A stretch of DNA of 63,740 nucleotides, filler included, from Octopus bimaculoides (GCF_001194135.2; 7 parts of 6 records of this genome joined end to end with filler, not necessarily neighbours in it), one strand, 5' to 3'; counted from the whole stretch's first letter, positions 22,520 through 38,470 are shown. Made by a program: numbers and translations. Notes: a model not told the origin generated them from the letters alone.

Positions 22520-25500
22520 GTAGATAGATAAATAGATAGATAAATAGACAGATAGAGAGACAGACAGACAGATATATCTATCTATCTATGATAGATATGT
22601 AACACATTCTAAATGTCGTTTTAATTTTCACAGGAACTCACAATGTGACTTCATTGTGTGAGAGCATGTTTAAAGAAAACGCATTCTTGCCACTAGCAAT
22701 GAAGATTGGTTCTATAATATTAATATAAAATTAATGTTTTTCTATTGAAATCACTATTAAGCGAAGTGTTGTGATTGAATAATATACAAATTGTTACTTA
22801 ATCAAGAAAAAACACAGCTTATGACACAGAATTCCATGTTGCGCATAACAATTACATGCTTAATAATGCGGATATCTGTTGTCTGGTACTTATAAATACA
22901 TACTTTCAACTCATAATATTCTATGTGACTTTTCTTTCGAGAGGTGCTTTTACCTACAATTTAAATGATGTTGTTAGATACTTCTTATCGATTTTATTGT
23001 TATATCCGAAGGAAATGTAATAATTAGAAACGCATTAAATTATTTAGATATAAAATATATTAATAAAGGTATATCATTAAAGTTGTTATTTATATCGCTT
23101 TCCAAATATTTTCAAATTTTATACATTATCTTAATGTGTAATTCTACATGTACTTTAATTTAATAATGAAATAAAGTAATAACTAAAAACGCTACATTGA
23201 ATTTGTTTGAATATAACTTTTGCATTTGCCCTGCAGCGATGTTGAGAAACCTTAACATACTGCCAATGGATAATTGAAGAAAGTTTAAATGTTTTGACTT
23301 AAAGAAAAAAATTATTTAAGATTTAAATAAACAACACGAGTGTTGGTTTTCCTAGAGCAAACCAGCCAGAGAAATGTCGATTTATTTCAAAGTCGCAATA
23401 TGAATGTATTCAAACAATCTGGAATATTTTATATTAGCCTGTAGAAAAACTGTAAAAAATATCACTCTGAGAAACCCATTGTTCTGTAAATGAATTCTTT
23501 AATTGTAACATAAAGAGTAATGTTACCTTTTCATTTAAATATTTATTATTTGCATGGTTCTTTCCATTTAGATAGTTTGATGTAATAAATTCAGATGACT
23601 ATCATGTCAGATTTTCACTAGCCGATAAAACTATTTATTCATAAATGCATACATATATGCATACACCCATATGCATATATATATACACACAGAAGCAGAC
23701 AGACATGCACATAAATTTATATACACACTGCACACATATATTCATTTATTGATTTTACGCTAATACTAAGTATCTGGTTTACGCATATTGAAATATACGT
23801 ATATTAAGTTCCCCAACTGATTATTAGTAAAACTATGTCTCAAGCGATTGAAAATAATATATATGTAAGCGCGCGCGCGTGTACTGCAAGAGAGAGGGAG
23901 ACCGAAAAAAAGAGATCCGGTGAGAAATTCAATTCCTTACAGACTATAGATATGTAAATTCACCTATCACATATATTCTGTATCCTTACCATATCTGCAA
24001 AAAATAGCTTTCTTGCATAGCAGAACATTTGATTGTATTAATTACAGTTTGTGTTACCTCAGATGTTTAACTCAGCTTCGAAATAGTGAGAAAAGTAAGA
24101 TGATTCCTCCAATTATTTTCCGCTGAATATTTACATGAAGATAGTGTATTCACTAGTGAACATCATAACCAATGCACTACGGGAAAAAAAAAGCATAATT
24201 AAAACGCTTGCAATGTACCGAAACACAGAAGTATATGAGATGTAGTCAGTATGTCGTATATTACGCCGATACTTTTATGAAAGACATTATACTGTACACT
24301 AAGTGATATACCTTACTTCTGTGTTTATATTAAATGACATCTTATGGATCTTTTTATACATTGGATAGCTGTAAATATTCTATAAATTCGGGAATGAACA
24401 TGTCAGAATTCTAGAATTCTAATTTATTTTATTTCTTCAAATCCTGAACATTATTTTCTATAATAATAAAGGAGAAAGCAGCGAAGTATAAACTTTAAAA
24501 CAATATCAGTATTGTCTTGAACTTAAAAGGAATAAATGAGAAATTATACCATTTCGTTGCTCTTTCAACTAGTTATAATGATAATTCGGGAATTGAGAGT
24601 GATTAATCATCCTATATATTGGGAGAATTTCTAAGTTTTCAATTAAGTTCTCTTGTATGTTCTTTATATGCTAGAGAATATACATCAACAAGTATACAAC
24701 CTCATGTTACAGAAGAAAATATTAAGTTACATTAAGCAGTGATAATGATAAAAATAAATATCTGTCTGAAGCAGTAATGCGCAAAATGCGGCCTGTGGGA
24801 GTTTCTGAAGGACTCGCCTATATGATATTTACCTTAATTTTTTTTCTTTTAATAATGCGACCCGTTTGATTATAAACCATTTATCATGCGGCTTGCTTCT
24901 CGAAAAATATTTTCCTTGCTTGGGCAGATTTCTTTCAGTAATCATAGACTCGACAGCAATATTGAGGTATAGTTTTATGCTAAGCAATCAATAATGTAGA
25001 AATCAGAGAATAGTAAATATGGATTTACTTGTCCATTATAATATTTCCTGGTATTTATTGACTGATAAGAAATAGCTAAATAGTGTGAGCTGTTAAGAAA
25101 TCATCAATTATTTCAATCCATACATTGAAACTTTCCCACTGAATCTTATATCAATATTTCCATTTAATAAACGCTAATGAAATATTTAATAACTAATGAA
25201 ATAGTGGAACCATTGTCCGTCAATTTTTTTCCTATCACACCTTAAATTCATAAAGTCTCACAGGACATTACAAAAGTGATACGTAAGATGAGTTACGGTC
25301 CAAGAGAGATATAATCAAGCGACTGTGATTCTGATGACTGATTTGTATATCAGTGACAGCCGTTCTCAATATGTCTTTCTGGTTAAAGACTCCAGGATGA
25401 AAATTGAGGATGATATGTTTGCAAATTTTTAGCTTCTTAATGGACCACCTAGATGTTCGCTTTATCACTCCATCGCTCGATCTGCATTTTATGTTACAAA

Positions 25501-28500
25501 TATCTACTCTCTGTGATAGAAAGACATGCAAATACATCGCTTGCTCGAACGTAACACGTTTCTACGATATGATGGGTATAATATTAACATATTAGATATG
25601 GAAATGACTATGGAAAAGGGATATTAGATTTATAATACAGCAATGAAACCAAAAAAATACTGTCGAAAATAAATGCTAAAATGTTATAAAGCACAATTAT
25701 TTTGAAATTGTAGCTAATAAAAAATAATAATAATGATCGGCTTAGAGATAACCATTATCGTATGTCGGAATTTTTTCAACGGTATATTACATAGAAATGT
25801 GTACATGGCCATAAAAGTAGAAAATATTATTGGAGAAATAGGTGAGAAATTTGATAGATGGTTTCCAAAATATGTAAATCAATGTTTTGTATGGTTATAT
25901 AATATACTATAAAGTGTAAGTGAAGTCCTTGTAAACTATATTATTATCTACTTCAGTATCAGACTAATGAAATAAGAAAAACGGCGTACGCACAATAGTA
26001 ATTCGTCCATAATATTTGCGTAAATATTCCCTCAAAACAGAAAACATAATTATTCCCACGTATATAGAGGATTTAGAGAAGAGCAGAAAATTGTGAGAAT
26101 CGTAGTATGTCGAATATTATACTTTGCAATATTACTTCTTGTTGCGGCAAAGCTGGCATGGTAGTTAGCACGCCAATGCTAATAACATTTTCCTGGGTTT
26201 TACGTTCTGAGTTCAAAAGATGTCGAGGTTGAATTTGCTTTTCATCCTTTCAGAGTTGATAAAATAAGTACTAGCTGGATATCGAGATCGATGTAATTGA
26301 CTTATTCCTACCCGAAATTGCTGGTCTTGTGCCAAATCTTGAAAGCAATATTACTTCAGAGAAATTTGTCATGATAGCACGGATAGGAACATTTTGGGGA
26401 CTTTACGTTCTGAGTTCAAATTCTGTCGATGTTTGCCTTTCATCCATTTGAAATTAATAAATTCATATCAGTTGAGTTTTTGTGGACGTAACCGGCTAGC
26501 CCCACTACCACATCGAATTTCAGGCCCCATGCCTATAGTAAGAAGAAATTCAACTTGGAAAATGTTAAGTTGAGACCAAATAAATTGTAGTATATTCTAA
26601 ACAGTTTTGATTTTAAAAATCTATTAAGTAAAAGTGGCTTTCAATTTGGTTAGCTGGTATTTTTTTAACACCCATTTAACCCCATCGAAATATGTAATAA
26701 AATATGTGTAACATTTCAAGAATAGAATGGGAAGTCGAGAATGATGTGAGATGTCAGGCGTCTCATCTTTTCGAATTCCAGATAAGAAATGGTGCCGAAT
26801 GTTGATTGGATCTATTATGTATTTGATGGAAAGGAACACCGCCAAGATACAAGCTATGGCATCTGATCATGTGTTATATCAGATGCACGAAATTACTGCT
26901 ATGTCAATATTATCTGTCTGAAACTAAACACTATATAGCTAGTGTCATAGAAACAAAAACATGCATACATACACACACACTCACACATCCTATTACTAAT
27001 TTAAATATACACATTTAGCTGCTTTATGGAGGGGGAACTTTTGAATTTATGACCAAACAATGAAGAGGAAAGCACGTGTCAAGAAGATCACTTCACAGCT
27101 AAAATGTCCCATATTTTGAATCACTTCGTGGCAGCTTGGGCACTTTATTATTTTTTGCAGCTTCAGATTGCCTCATACCTTGCGACTGAATTCCTACAGG
27201 CATAAACTGTGTAGAAGCCCTGCAAGTGAATTACATCTGTAGTTCAAAAGTCCCAGCCTTGTCACAAACACTGAGTCGTGCAAATTCTACCTGAGAATTA
27301 CGCTTAAGGGAGATGCATTCCTTGAATGTTCAAAGGCGGTGAGCTGGCAGAAACGNNNNNNNNNNACGTTAGCACGCCGGGTGAAATGCTTAGAGGTATT
27401 TCGTCTGCCGCTACGATATGGGTTCTAATTCTGCCGAGGTCGACTTTGCATTTTATCTTTTCGGGGTCGTCAATGAAGTACCAGTTACGCACTGGGGTCG
27501 ATGTAATCGACATAATCCCATTGTCTATCCTTGTTTGTCCCCTCTATGTTTAGCCCCTTGTGGGCAATAATGAAATAAGAAACGCCAGGTGAAATGCTTG
27601 GTGGTATTTCGTCTACTTTTACGTTCTCAGTTCAAATTCCGCTGAGGTCGACTTTGCCTTTCATCCTTTCAGAGTCGATAAATTAAGTACCAGTTGCGTA
27701 CTGTGGTTGATCTAATCGATTAGCCCTTTGCCCCAAAATTTCGGGCCTTGTGCTTAGAGTAGAAAAGATTAATTGAATGTTCAGTTACTAAATCCAGGTG
27801 CAGCTAATATACGAAATCCTCATCACCGCATCGCGAGTTTCGGCTGTCAGTTATTTCATAGATTAACGACGTTATTTTCTCTGATAATTTGCCTCTAAGA
27901 GACTCAAAATATATATCAGGTTACGTAGATTCTGATACTGGTGTGTGGTAAGGATATCGGAGAACTTTGCCTTGATATCATTTTCGGCCTGGATGAGGGA
28001 GATTGTGTTACACAAATATTTGTTGAACAATGTGTCTGTTATGTTTCTTGTACATCTCACGTCAAAATATGGATATATGTGTTGCCAAATTGATAGAACA
28101 GGCTGCTAACTCAATCATAGACCTTAATAGATTACATCTTGCAAGAACGGGGTATGTAGAAATAATATTGTCTACTGCTGTTTCTACAACATCCTTTTTA
28201 CAGTTATTTCTCCTAGTAAAGAATTGATCAGTATCATTATTACAGCCGTATACTGCCTTATTAATGCGGAACGCGTGTAAAATTACACCTATAAAACTTC
28301 TTATGTTGTTTATAATGCATACATTTATAGGTATTCATAAAATTGTTATACATCATAGAAGTTTCGATTTAATTTTATTGTTAAGTTTCCGTTAGCAGCC
28401 TGAATCTCAAAAGAATGTATGAAGCTACTGAGGCTGAAGAAGAATATTATATACAATGTTCATTACTTCCTGATATCGTACATCTATATATATATATATT

Positions 28501-28695
28501 TTTTTTTTGTCGTTGTTGCTGTCATAGTTACTACTGTTTATAGGATTGGTTGTGTTTATTGATTGTGAAGTTAAAAACAACGATCTAAGGCGCTGATTTT
28601 TACGTGTAGATCGCCGAAATGCCCAAATTGCTTTCACAGAATATTTTATGCAGAATAATTGATAAGGTGTACACACAGATGAACGCGCGCACACA

Positions 28696-28738
<43 letters not shown>

Positions 28739-29995
28739 ACACACACAGATACACACACACAGAGATAGATACATAAACATAAAAAAAAGAAATAAGGAAT
28801 TGAATCCAAGGATATAAATTCGTGGATCATGATGAAATGAATTTACATTCAGTATTCGTGTATACATTAGACAAGGCAACAGAATTGAGCCCTTGCTCGT
28901 CGGTAGTCAGATTAATCCTGGATATATACTGTTCTTTGATTACCTTGCTATTTGAGACGTCTCCCTTGTTACTGTTATGAATCATAAAGGTGATAGAGCA
29001 AGCCATTACACAAGGCTTATCAATAAGAGTATCATCATTCAGAAACCAATACTTCCAGAGCACTTTAATCGTATTTCTGTATAAAATCAGATTAGATGCG
29101 TTCGACTCGTTCTCAACGAAAAGATAAAAGAGATTCGGAGAGTCAGTCACAAGACACACCAGGTAGCATTCCACTGTTTTCAGAGCTTGAAAATTCAAAT
29201 AAATGTATCCCAGACACAAGAACACAGTACATGAGAAGAATATCCCAGTGTGCAAAAATTAAATGATGTTATATTTTTGTTCTAATTGCTGACGCAGCAC
29301 AGATAAATTTGTTAATTGCATACAAAAATTGAATAATTTGAGCTTTGAGAAGAGTATCAACTTCTCATAGTAAACTATAAATTGCGCGGAAAATGTCAGC
29401 CTACTCTAATTCTGAAATAATGATAATTCATTTGAAAAGTAGTAGTAAGCACTATATCGAGTATAAACTTGGACAGTGTCAAATGGGTGTCAGATATTAT
29501 TTATTTTGTGTCTTCTCGTTCATGTGCGAATAAGGATTAAAGTTTTTGCTATATATATATAAATATATANNNNNNNNNNNNNNNNNNNNNNNNNNNNNNN
29601 NNNNNNNNNNNNNNNNNNNNNNNNNNNNNNNNNNNNNNNNNNNNNNNNNNNNNNNNNNNNNNNNNNNNNNNNNNNNNNNNNNNNNNNNNNNNNNNNNNNN
29701 NNNNNNNNNNNNNNNNNNNNNNNNNNNNNNNNNNNNNNNNNNNNNNNNNNNNNNNNNNNNNNNNNNNNNNNNNNNNNNNNNNNNNNNNNNNNNNNNNNNN
29801 NNNNNNNNNNNNNNNNNNNNNNNNNNNNNNNNNNNNNNNNNNNNNNNNNNNNNNNNNNNNNNNNNNNNNNNNNNNNNNNNNNNNNNNNNNNNNNNNNNNN
29901 NNNNNNNNNNNNNNNNNNNNNNNNNNNNNNNNNNNNNNNNNNNNNNNNNNNNNNNNNNNNNNNNNNNNNNNNNNNNNNNNNNNNNNNNNNNNNNN

Positions 29996-30028
<33 letters not shown>

Positions 30029-30235
30029 TTATATATATATATATATATATCATGTACATGCATATATACATATAAATAGAGATACGTATTTATATATATG
30101 TATATATGCATATCCGTTTATACATATATCCATGTTTATACATGTGTATACACACATATACATGTGTGTGAATGTAGGGGAGTTTACAACCGCCCATAAG
30201 CACACATGCATACATACAAACATACGTGCGTACAT

Positions 30236-33200
30236 AATGGCGCCGTCAACATCGGACGTACTGGTGTAGAGGACCGTTTAAAAAGTCCGTTTCGAACGCC
30301 TTCCTCTAGAAATATGCTGACTTCTCCAGCTTAAATCAGTAAGTGGTTTATTTCACCAACAATTGATAAGAGAAACACCTTTTACTCGCCTTCGTAGCGC
30401 TATCCTGAACAGATTTTAAAATATACATCTACACCACGTGGTATCTCGGTAACACGATTATGGCTGAAACTAACACCACCAGAGATGAAACTAACAACGT
30501 CACCACCGATGAAAACAGAATTACTTCACCGGTAAGTTATTTAAGAAGACGTAAGTGCTCTTCTCATTTTACTTGAACTCAACAACTAAACCAAGATTTA
30601 GGTTGGCGCTATGGAAAAGCCCGAGATGACACTTGGATCGGATAAATGAAGCGGTTAAAACAATACTGGGACGAAGCTCATTCCAACTTAAATACAATCA
30701 CAGCGAAACAGCTCCGACAACAAACATCTTTTATAAAAAAAAAAAAAAGAAATGAACTGATCCTCGATCCTCCCAAAACACTGAAAATGGGTCAAAATCT
30801 GTCAGAAGCGGCGTAAAAACATAATGTAAACAAACCACCACTCCCGCCATCGCTAAATTCTACTGTGTCTTCAAATTTAGCTGACTCAGTAGCGAAGCCT
30901 GCTAAATACATCCAATTCAAAAACATATTAAATGTACAATTCGCAACAAATTTTGTTACTTTCTCAAAGCTTTAGTTGAGTAACAGACTATTCCCAACAC
31001 GAGTGAGAAAACATCCGACCGATCTAATGTTTACGATTATCAATGATGTTGCTGGAGAGCACATGGAATCATGTGATGTTAATTACTGAAATATTAATAC
31101 TTTTATATACACAGCCACTAATACTCCTAAAGAACACCTAGGAGAAATCTACAGTGAATAAAGTAACGAAACTACAAAACTACTTCCGAGATGGACAACA
31201 AAACTTGAAGAAAACATCAACAACGTGCACCACCATATTGGATGATTAACTACAACAATAAAATGTAAGGAGAAAAATAAGTTTACACCTCACCGACTCT
31301 ACCTCAGACAAAAATTAATGAAACTTTGTGGCAACTCTTTACACCGAGCTCTTGAGGGAAAGCTAATCACTTTAAAACAGGCACTCAAGACGATGAGCGA
31401 GAAACTCCGCTATCGCAAGCGAATTTTTGAGCGAGCCAGTATTAATCGCAAGTTTGCTTCCAAACCACAAGCATTATACAGAGATGAAGAAGGGAAATAT
31501 TACCATTAAGAAAGCTCCCTCCCAATCATTCAGGTCAAAACTTTGGAACGTAAAGGGGGATTTCAACCTCAATGCATCATGGTTAAATACAACTGAGAGA
31601 GAATACTGCACCAACGCTAACATTAAAACATGCAAAATTGATGAAGAAACCTTGGCTATAGCAATAGGTAAACTGCAGAATAGGAAGGCACCTGGAAGGG
31701 ACCTAATAGTTGGATATTGGTACAAACAGCAGGCATTTTATAGAAACCAATTGATATGTATACTCAAAAGGACTATGGAAGGTCAGACTGATATACCGCA
31801 TTGCTACAGCAAGGATAAATCTTGTTACCAAAAATGAAATCACCGAGATGGCAGGAAACTACAGGCCCTTTGCTTGTCTAAACATTATGTACAAACTGTA
31901 TACAAGTCACTTCAACCAATTCTTCCAGGACCTTTGTGAGTCTGATGAATAGGCTGGTGGAAAGAAGGGGGTGTGGGGATGTGCGGAACAACTTTCTATA
32001 AACAAAGCTGTACTGTCTGAAGTAAGAAAACAACGCAGAATCCGTGTGACAGTATGGCTTGACTATATGAAGGCATTCGACTCTATCCCTCATTCATGGC
32101 TGTTGAAGTGCCTACATCTGACAAAGGTGCCTACTAACTTAATTGCTACTATAGAGAGACTCACAAAGACATGGACAACTATTCTTACCCTTACAGCTAA
32201 GAACAGAATAATTGTTTCTAATAGTATAGGCATTACAAAGGGGATATTACAGAGAGATAGTCATCCTGTACTTATTTTCCTTTTCGCACTGAATTCATTA
32301 CCGTTCCTACTGCAGAAAACAAATGGTTACGTGCTAGGATCTTCAACTGCCAGAAATATCAATGTAACTCGTAATTTCTTTGCTGACGACCTGACGATTT
32401 ATGCTAACATATTAACAATGCCAAAACACAACTGGAATTAATAACATTTTTAGCTGATATAGGCATGGAGTTTGGCCAGAAGGAATGTTCATATTTGGTT
32501 ATAAAACGAGGATGTCAGTCCCCAAAACCCAAAACTTGTGAATCAACGGCCTCTCTATCTCCCCCATTCCACACAAAGTATGTTACAAGTATCTAGGCAT
32601 AAACGAAAATGTATCATATGAAGGCACTGTGAATAAAAATAGAGTGACCCGAAAATATTACACCGGACATAGGAAAATATAGTATTCGGAACTCACCTCT
32701 TACAACGAAACAATATCTCACAATGGATTTGCAGTAACAGTGCTGATCCCCCAAAATGTGGATACCTGATTGGTCTGTAGATGAAATCTACTCCATAGAT
32801 ATCAAAAACCCGCAAAATCCTGGCAACAATTGGGAACTTCGACAGAAACAGTGATAATGACAGGCTCTACCTAAGAAGAAATGAAGGTGGTAGAGGCCTG
32901 AGATCAGTGCAGATGGCTTTCGAATGCCGTATAGTATCACTCAGGCAGCACCTGCTAAGCAACAGCAGCAAAAATAAATATATCAATGCAGTCCTGAAAA
33001 GTGAGGTGAGCAACATTGTACGAGTTAGCAGTGAACTCAAGAAACACTCTCACTTCCTGATGATCTCCTATTCATCCCCAAAATAGCTGGGCTCTCTTAC
33101 CTCAGAGAAGATCTGGATGGAAAGCACTCAACATACGAAAAAAGAAAGATAAAAGAATACCATGAAGAAGACAGTAGAATTGACACGAAGAAGAAGACAG

Positions 33201-34020
33201 TAGAATTGACACGAAGCGCAACCTCTCTTGGTCACAAGACCACTACACCACATCACACTTTGAAGGCTATGCGTTTGCAATCCAAGGACAGTAAGGCTCT
33301 TGTAATCCCAAGGTGCAACCGCATGTGTAGGCTATATCATGCTTCTGTGGAAGACAGTGTGCATGTGATTAGCAGCTGTCCTAAAATGTCGTCACGGTAC
33401 TACCTCCCAATGCAGCACGATGTTGCTGCTGAAATAATTTACAATACCATCCGCAAAAACGACTGTCCTGAAATAAACTTAGAAAATCCCTTTGTTATGG
33501 AATACATTCATAAACACCAACTCAAGGAATACTGGTGGAATATTTCCATCGATACGTCTGTCAAATGTAAGCATAACAGGCTGGATATTGTTGTGTGGGA
33601 CAGAAGGGCAAAGGTAAGTATGATCATAGAGGTTAACTGGCCTGCGGATATAAATATCTCTTTGAAAATCAAAGAAAAAGAGGATATCTATAGACAATTG
33701 CTTCGAAAGCTCCAGCTTCTATGTTCAGACTATGAATTCATATTCATACCAATAATAATTGGAGCACCATGTTTTGTTATTAAATGCTTAAAGGAGAATC
33801 TAGATGAACAAAGGTTTTCAGAAAGAGAAATCGATCGGCTGATTCGTTCATTACAAGTGCAATCTATGAGTGGAACAGTAAAAACATGCAAGACATTTCT
33901 CAAGTTCCAAATGTGAATTTGTGTGTGTTGACTACATCCCAAAGACAGAGCATTCTATTTTTCTTGGAATCCGGCTCCCTCCTCAGTGGAAGAGTTATAA
34001 TAATTCAAAAAATAGAAGAC
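30236..34020 (+). mobile_element. R4/Dong-clade non-LTR retrotransposon (RT plus restriction-like endonuclease), near full-length, inactivated by frameshifts and stops
   Basis: ATG at 30460. N-terminal region resembles R4/Dong (MKRLKQYWDE, TAKQLRQQ, PRWTTKLE, KLITLKQAL, INRKF). RT motifs: KAPGRD, NYRPFACL, GVWGCAEQL, WLDYMKAFDSIPHSW, FADD (32379-32390), YKYLG, DRLYL..EGGRGL. C-terminal CCHC finger (CRLYH..HVISSC) and endonuclease (HNRLD, IIEV, KEKEDIY); stop at 33916. Confidence 0.9.
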
Positions 34021-35519
34021 ATCCATACATGAACATACATACATACATACATGCATGCATACATACATATAGGCGTCTTGTTTTGTATAACTGGTTGGGT
34101 TTTGATGACGTATATCTGACAGTTTTATTATTATAATTATGTTTTGTGAATTTTCTCATCGTTATTAATGCTTTTCTTTCATTTTTGCTATGGAAATTCC
34201 GTGTACAATTTGGTCCCTATTGTCAGAAAGAAAAACTATAATTAGGCCACCTGTAGAGACTTTACTAAATATATCATTAGCAGCAGCACACTTGGCAGTT
34301 ATTAGTCTATGATTACTTGTAGCTAGACCAATTACAACATTGGATAATTAGTGAGTATCTAATTATATACATCGATAGGTCGTAGACTAAGATGTTTTTA
34401 TTGCCACAGGAAAATAAATAATTCAACAAATCTGACAAAATACACAAACTATTGAAACAAATATGCCAACAAAGCAAAAGAGAAAAGAATGAAATTTAGC
34501 ATACTACACAGAATGTAGAATATGACATTGTGCTTTACTGCACTTGAACTCATTATAACTTCAACAGTTTATGCGCGATAATTTGTTCACTCAGTTCGTT
34601 GTTAATTTTCTAGCAATATTTTATATTTGAAGATTTAGTGATGTAAAAGAGACATGGATCGATGAAGCTCTACATGATTACAAGCAGTTAATGTCCGACA
34701 AGAGAACAATGGATTTCAAGCGAAGATTCATTGTTAGTAGCTCATTATAATAAACGTATTGCATCAGTGATCTAATTGGAGAAATATTTCTCTTATGACA
34801 CAGTTAGCTAGATGTAATTAGAATTGGATACGATGAATCATATATGTTAACACTGTATGCTTAAGGTGTAATGCACCTTTACATCGGTATTAAGTTGAAT
34901 TGTCCACATATGTATCTATTTGGGTTGAATTGATTTGTATTCTCTAAAATACAAGACAAATCCTTAGCAGTAATTTCGCAGATACATTAGCTAAATAAGA
35001 AAATACTGAATGCAAACATTGTACTAGTTAAAAGCTTTTATTTATAGTGCATTTTGATTTAGTTTGAATTCTCTTAAATATAATTCAATAAGCATCAATT
35101 TTTTAAGCTTGGATAGAAAATGTGATGCCATAAATATTTATAATATATATAACATATCTTCATCATACATAGAGATACAACCATTCATGCATATTAGATT
35201 TCTGAATTGGAAATTAAAGTACAACAACTAAAGAGTCACCCAACCTTAAATATATTCACACATTAATTACATACATTAGTTATGTTTAAATGTCCATTAA
35301 TAAGTAAATCGCAGTATATCATGCAGATTATACAATATTTTTCCATAATACTAATGAATTTTCTCTTGAACTATTTGTAAATATATTGTGTCTCTAAATG
35401 CTTATCAGTAGATGTTAATAGATAATGTTTCTATGCTACGCGAGTGTTTAAAACATCAGGTTATATATAATAATAATTTTAAAATGGCCAGGATGCATAT
35501 ATATATATATATATATATA

Positions 35520-35561
<42 letters not shown>

Positions 35562-36134
35562 CACACATATAAATACATATATATGTATTTGTATATGTAG
35601 ATATATATGCACTCACAAAGCTACACACACGCATATATTTCATATTCAAATAATTTGCATAAAACCTATAGATCAACATGCCTACCGAATTGATTAATAA
35701 CTTCAGGTAATTTACCGTTGGCTTAAGATATGTTTTATCATTCAGCGATCAATTTACTCTGCTACTATTAGGTGAATTTCTTTGCATTTTAGATTCATTT
35801 CCAGTTTACTAACTTTAATGTAAATTAGATCAACGTAAATCATAGCTGGAATTTGCATAATTGAATGTTCACGCAATATTAGATGTGCATTTCATGACTA
35901 TTCCTTGTTAGTTCTATTTTATAGTTTTCTTAATTATTCCTTAAGTTAATATTTAATTAAATTTTGTACGAAGTTCTTCAATTACTACATTAAAAATTAA
36001 TACATATATTAATCCCTTATCTATCCACTTGCATCTTATTGAACAATAATGAGAATTCTATTCGTGCATGTCAAGGTATACTTGTGAGAAATAATCATTA
36101 TTACATATCGAAATCTGCAATAGGTGAAGTACAG

Positions 36135-38414
36135 GTGATGTATTTTTGCATAATTACAAACCGTTAGGCAAGGGGAATAATTCAAGTGGGGGACTGACAT
36201 GAATTTAGATTACTCAGGCGAGTGGTGTACTGAATAGCTTACGTGAAAAAAAAGAAGAAAGAAAAGAAAAACCAAGCACCAACAAGGAAAAGCGAAAAAT
36301 TCTAATTAGTCCTCTTATGTATCTAAAACATGCTTTGTTCAGAAGTGGAAAGTGAAAACTTACTTTCATAGATTGCATAAGAAATAAACATTCGCAACAG
36401 CCAGTATTGCATGAACGTTCAATTAAGTAAATTGACGTACTAGCATATATTGATTTAATAATCATCATAATAAATAGAATTGGACTGCATCGAAAATACA
36501 AGCAACTGCACCTAATGTGGTAGCCGCACAGAGTAATTGATTGCTAACTAATTTTACATCTTGCGTCAATCAGAAAACATCAATTAACCAAATGCTAAAT
36601 TAGCTGAAATCGTGTTTCATATCAGCACGCTGAAATTATATGAAATAATGATAGTCTAATGAGTACACAGACATACACATATGCGCATGCATATCTATCT
36701 ATATATATATATATNNNNNNNNNNNNNNNNNNNNNNNNNNNNNNNNNNNNNNNNNNNNNNNNNNNNNNNNNNNNNNNNNNNNNNNNNNNNNNNNNNNNNN
36801 NNNNNNNNNNNNNNNNNNNNNNNNNNNNNNNNNNNNNNNNNNNNNNNNNNNNNNNNNNNNNNNNNNNNNNNNNNNNNNNNNNNNNNNNNNNNNNNNNNNN
36901 NNNNNNNNNNNNNNNNNNNNNNNNNNNNNNNNNNNNNNNNNNNNNNNNNNNNNNNNNNNNNNNNNNNNNNNNNNNNNNNNNNNNNNNNNNNNNNNNNNNN
37001 NNNNNNNNNNNNNNNNNNNNNNNNNNNNNNNNNNNNNNNNNNNNNNNNNNNNNNNNNNNNNNNNNNNNNNNNNNNNNNNNNNNNNNNNNNNNNNNNNNNN
37101 NNNNNNNNNNNNNNNNNNNNNNNNNNNNTATATATATATATATATATATATATGAATGTATGTATGTATGTATATATGTATATATGTACATGATGATAGT
37201 TAAGTAGCTAAAGAAGGAGACACTTGGTAGTCAAATGAAGCTACATATTCACTAGAAACATCTCTTCTATAGTTTCTTCAAACATTTCTAGCTGCAGGTA
37301 TTCATAAAAATATTATTCATACGTGATGCATCAGCGGAATAGCAAAAGAAGTGGTATGAGAATTTTGCTTTTTTATATATTGGTTCTACTTCACAGTCTA
37401 GAAATCACGCCTGTGCTGGAAATGCTAAAACTGTAATAGGATAATTACACTTGGGAGGAAACAACTTTACAAAGAATGCTTGAATTACCCTTTTTTTTTC
37501 TGTCCACGTTTCTTAGATTATTTATCATCTACTTGAGAATATTATGAAATATTACTAAGATGATAATGCATATTCTTTTATTCGTACATTTACCTCTGAT
37601 TTTAGTCTTAATATAATGCGTCTTATATAGTTCGTTGTGGAGAGACAAATCATTGGATAATAAGTTACGTCCAGTGTTTCGATTCCTTTATAAGCTTCTT
37701 TCCCATAGATCGAGATAACAAGAAATATTTTAAGGAGCATTGATTTGAATAATTAGTACCTGGAGTAATGGTGAGACTAATTAAGTTCTGATTCTGAATG
37801 CATGCTGGGGACATATATCTTAGAGACTATTTTCACATTATAAAATAATTTTTAGATAAAATTTATCCGATTACATAACTAATCGGTACGGGGCCGACAA
37901 AATTTATCCTAGTCAAAGATAAATATTTCCACAAGATTATGTATTATACCCTTCTGTTAAAGGTTCATAATATAACAGAAATCAAACGAAATTTTAGATC
38001 GACCCCAGTTGAACTCAGAACGTAAAAGCAGACGAAATATCGCTAAGCATTTCGCCCGGCGTGCTAAAGTTTCTGCCAGCTCGTCGCCTCCTATATATAC
38101 ATATTGAGAAAAAGGAGGCAGTTAGAGGTTTGGATAATTCTGTATTAATGCTTTTGTTCGTTTTTCAAACTCGTCAAGAGAAAGTGAAAATTAAAATGGT
38201 AAAAACAGAAAGTTTCGTTGCTCATTTATATGAATCGGATGGTTTTTTTTATTTGCTTAGACGAGGAAAATATTGCTTTTCTTTCTTGGTTTCTTGGGAA
38301 AAAGGAGAGTGAGAAAAATAAAGGTAAAGAGGGAGAATAGACAGAGAGAGAGGTTTCAGGACAATCAAGAATGGGGAATAATAAAGGATGGGGAAAAGGT
38401 AGATAGATATATAA

Positions 38415-38470
<56 letters not shown>

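Noticed and set aside
28827-29255. 142-aa minus-strand ORF
   Set aside because: No recognisable motif or splice context; an ORF of this length could plausibly arise by chance in 20 kb read in six frames.
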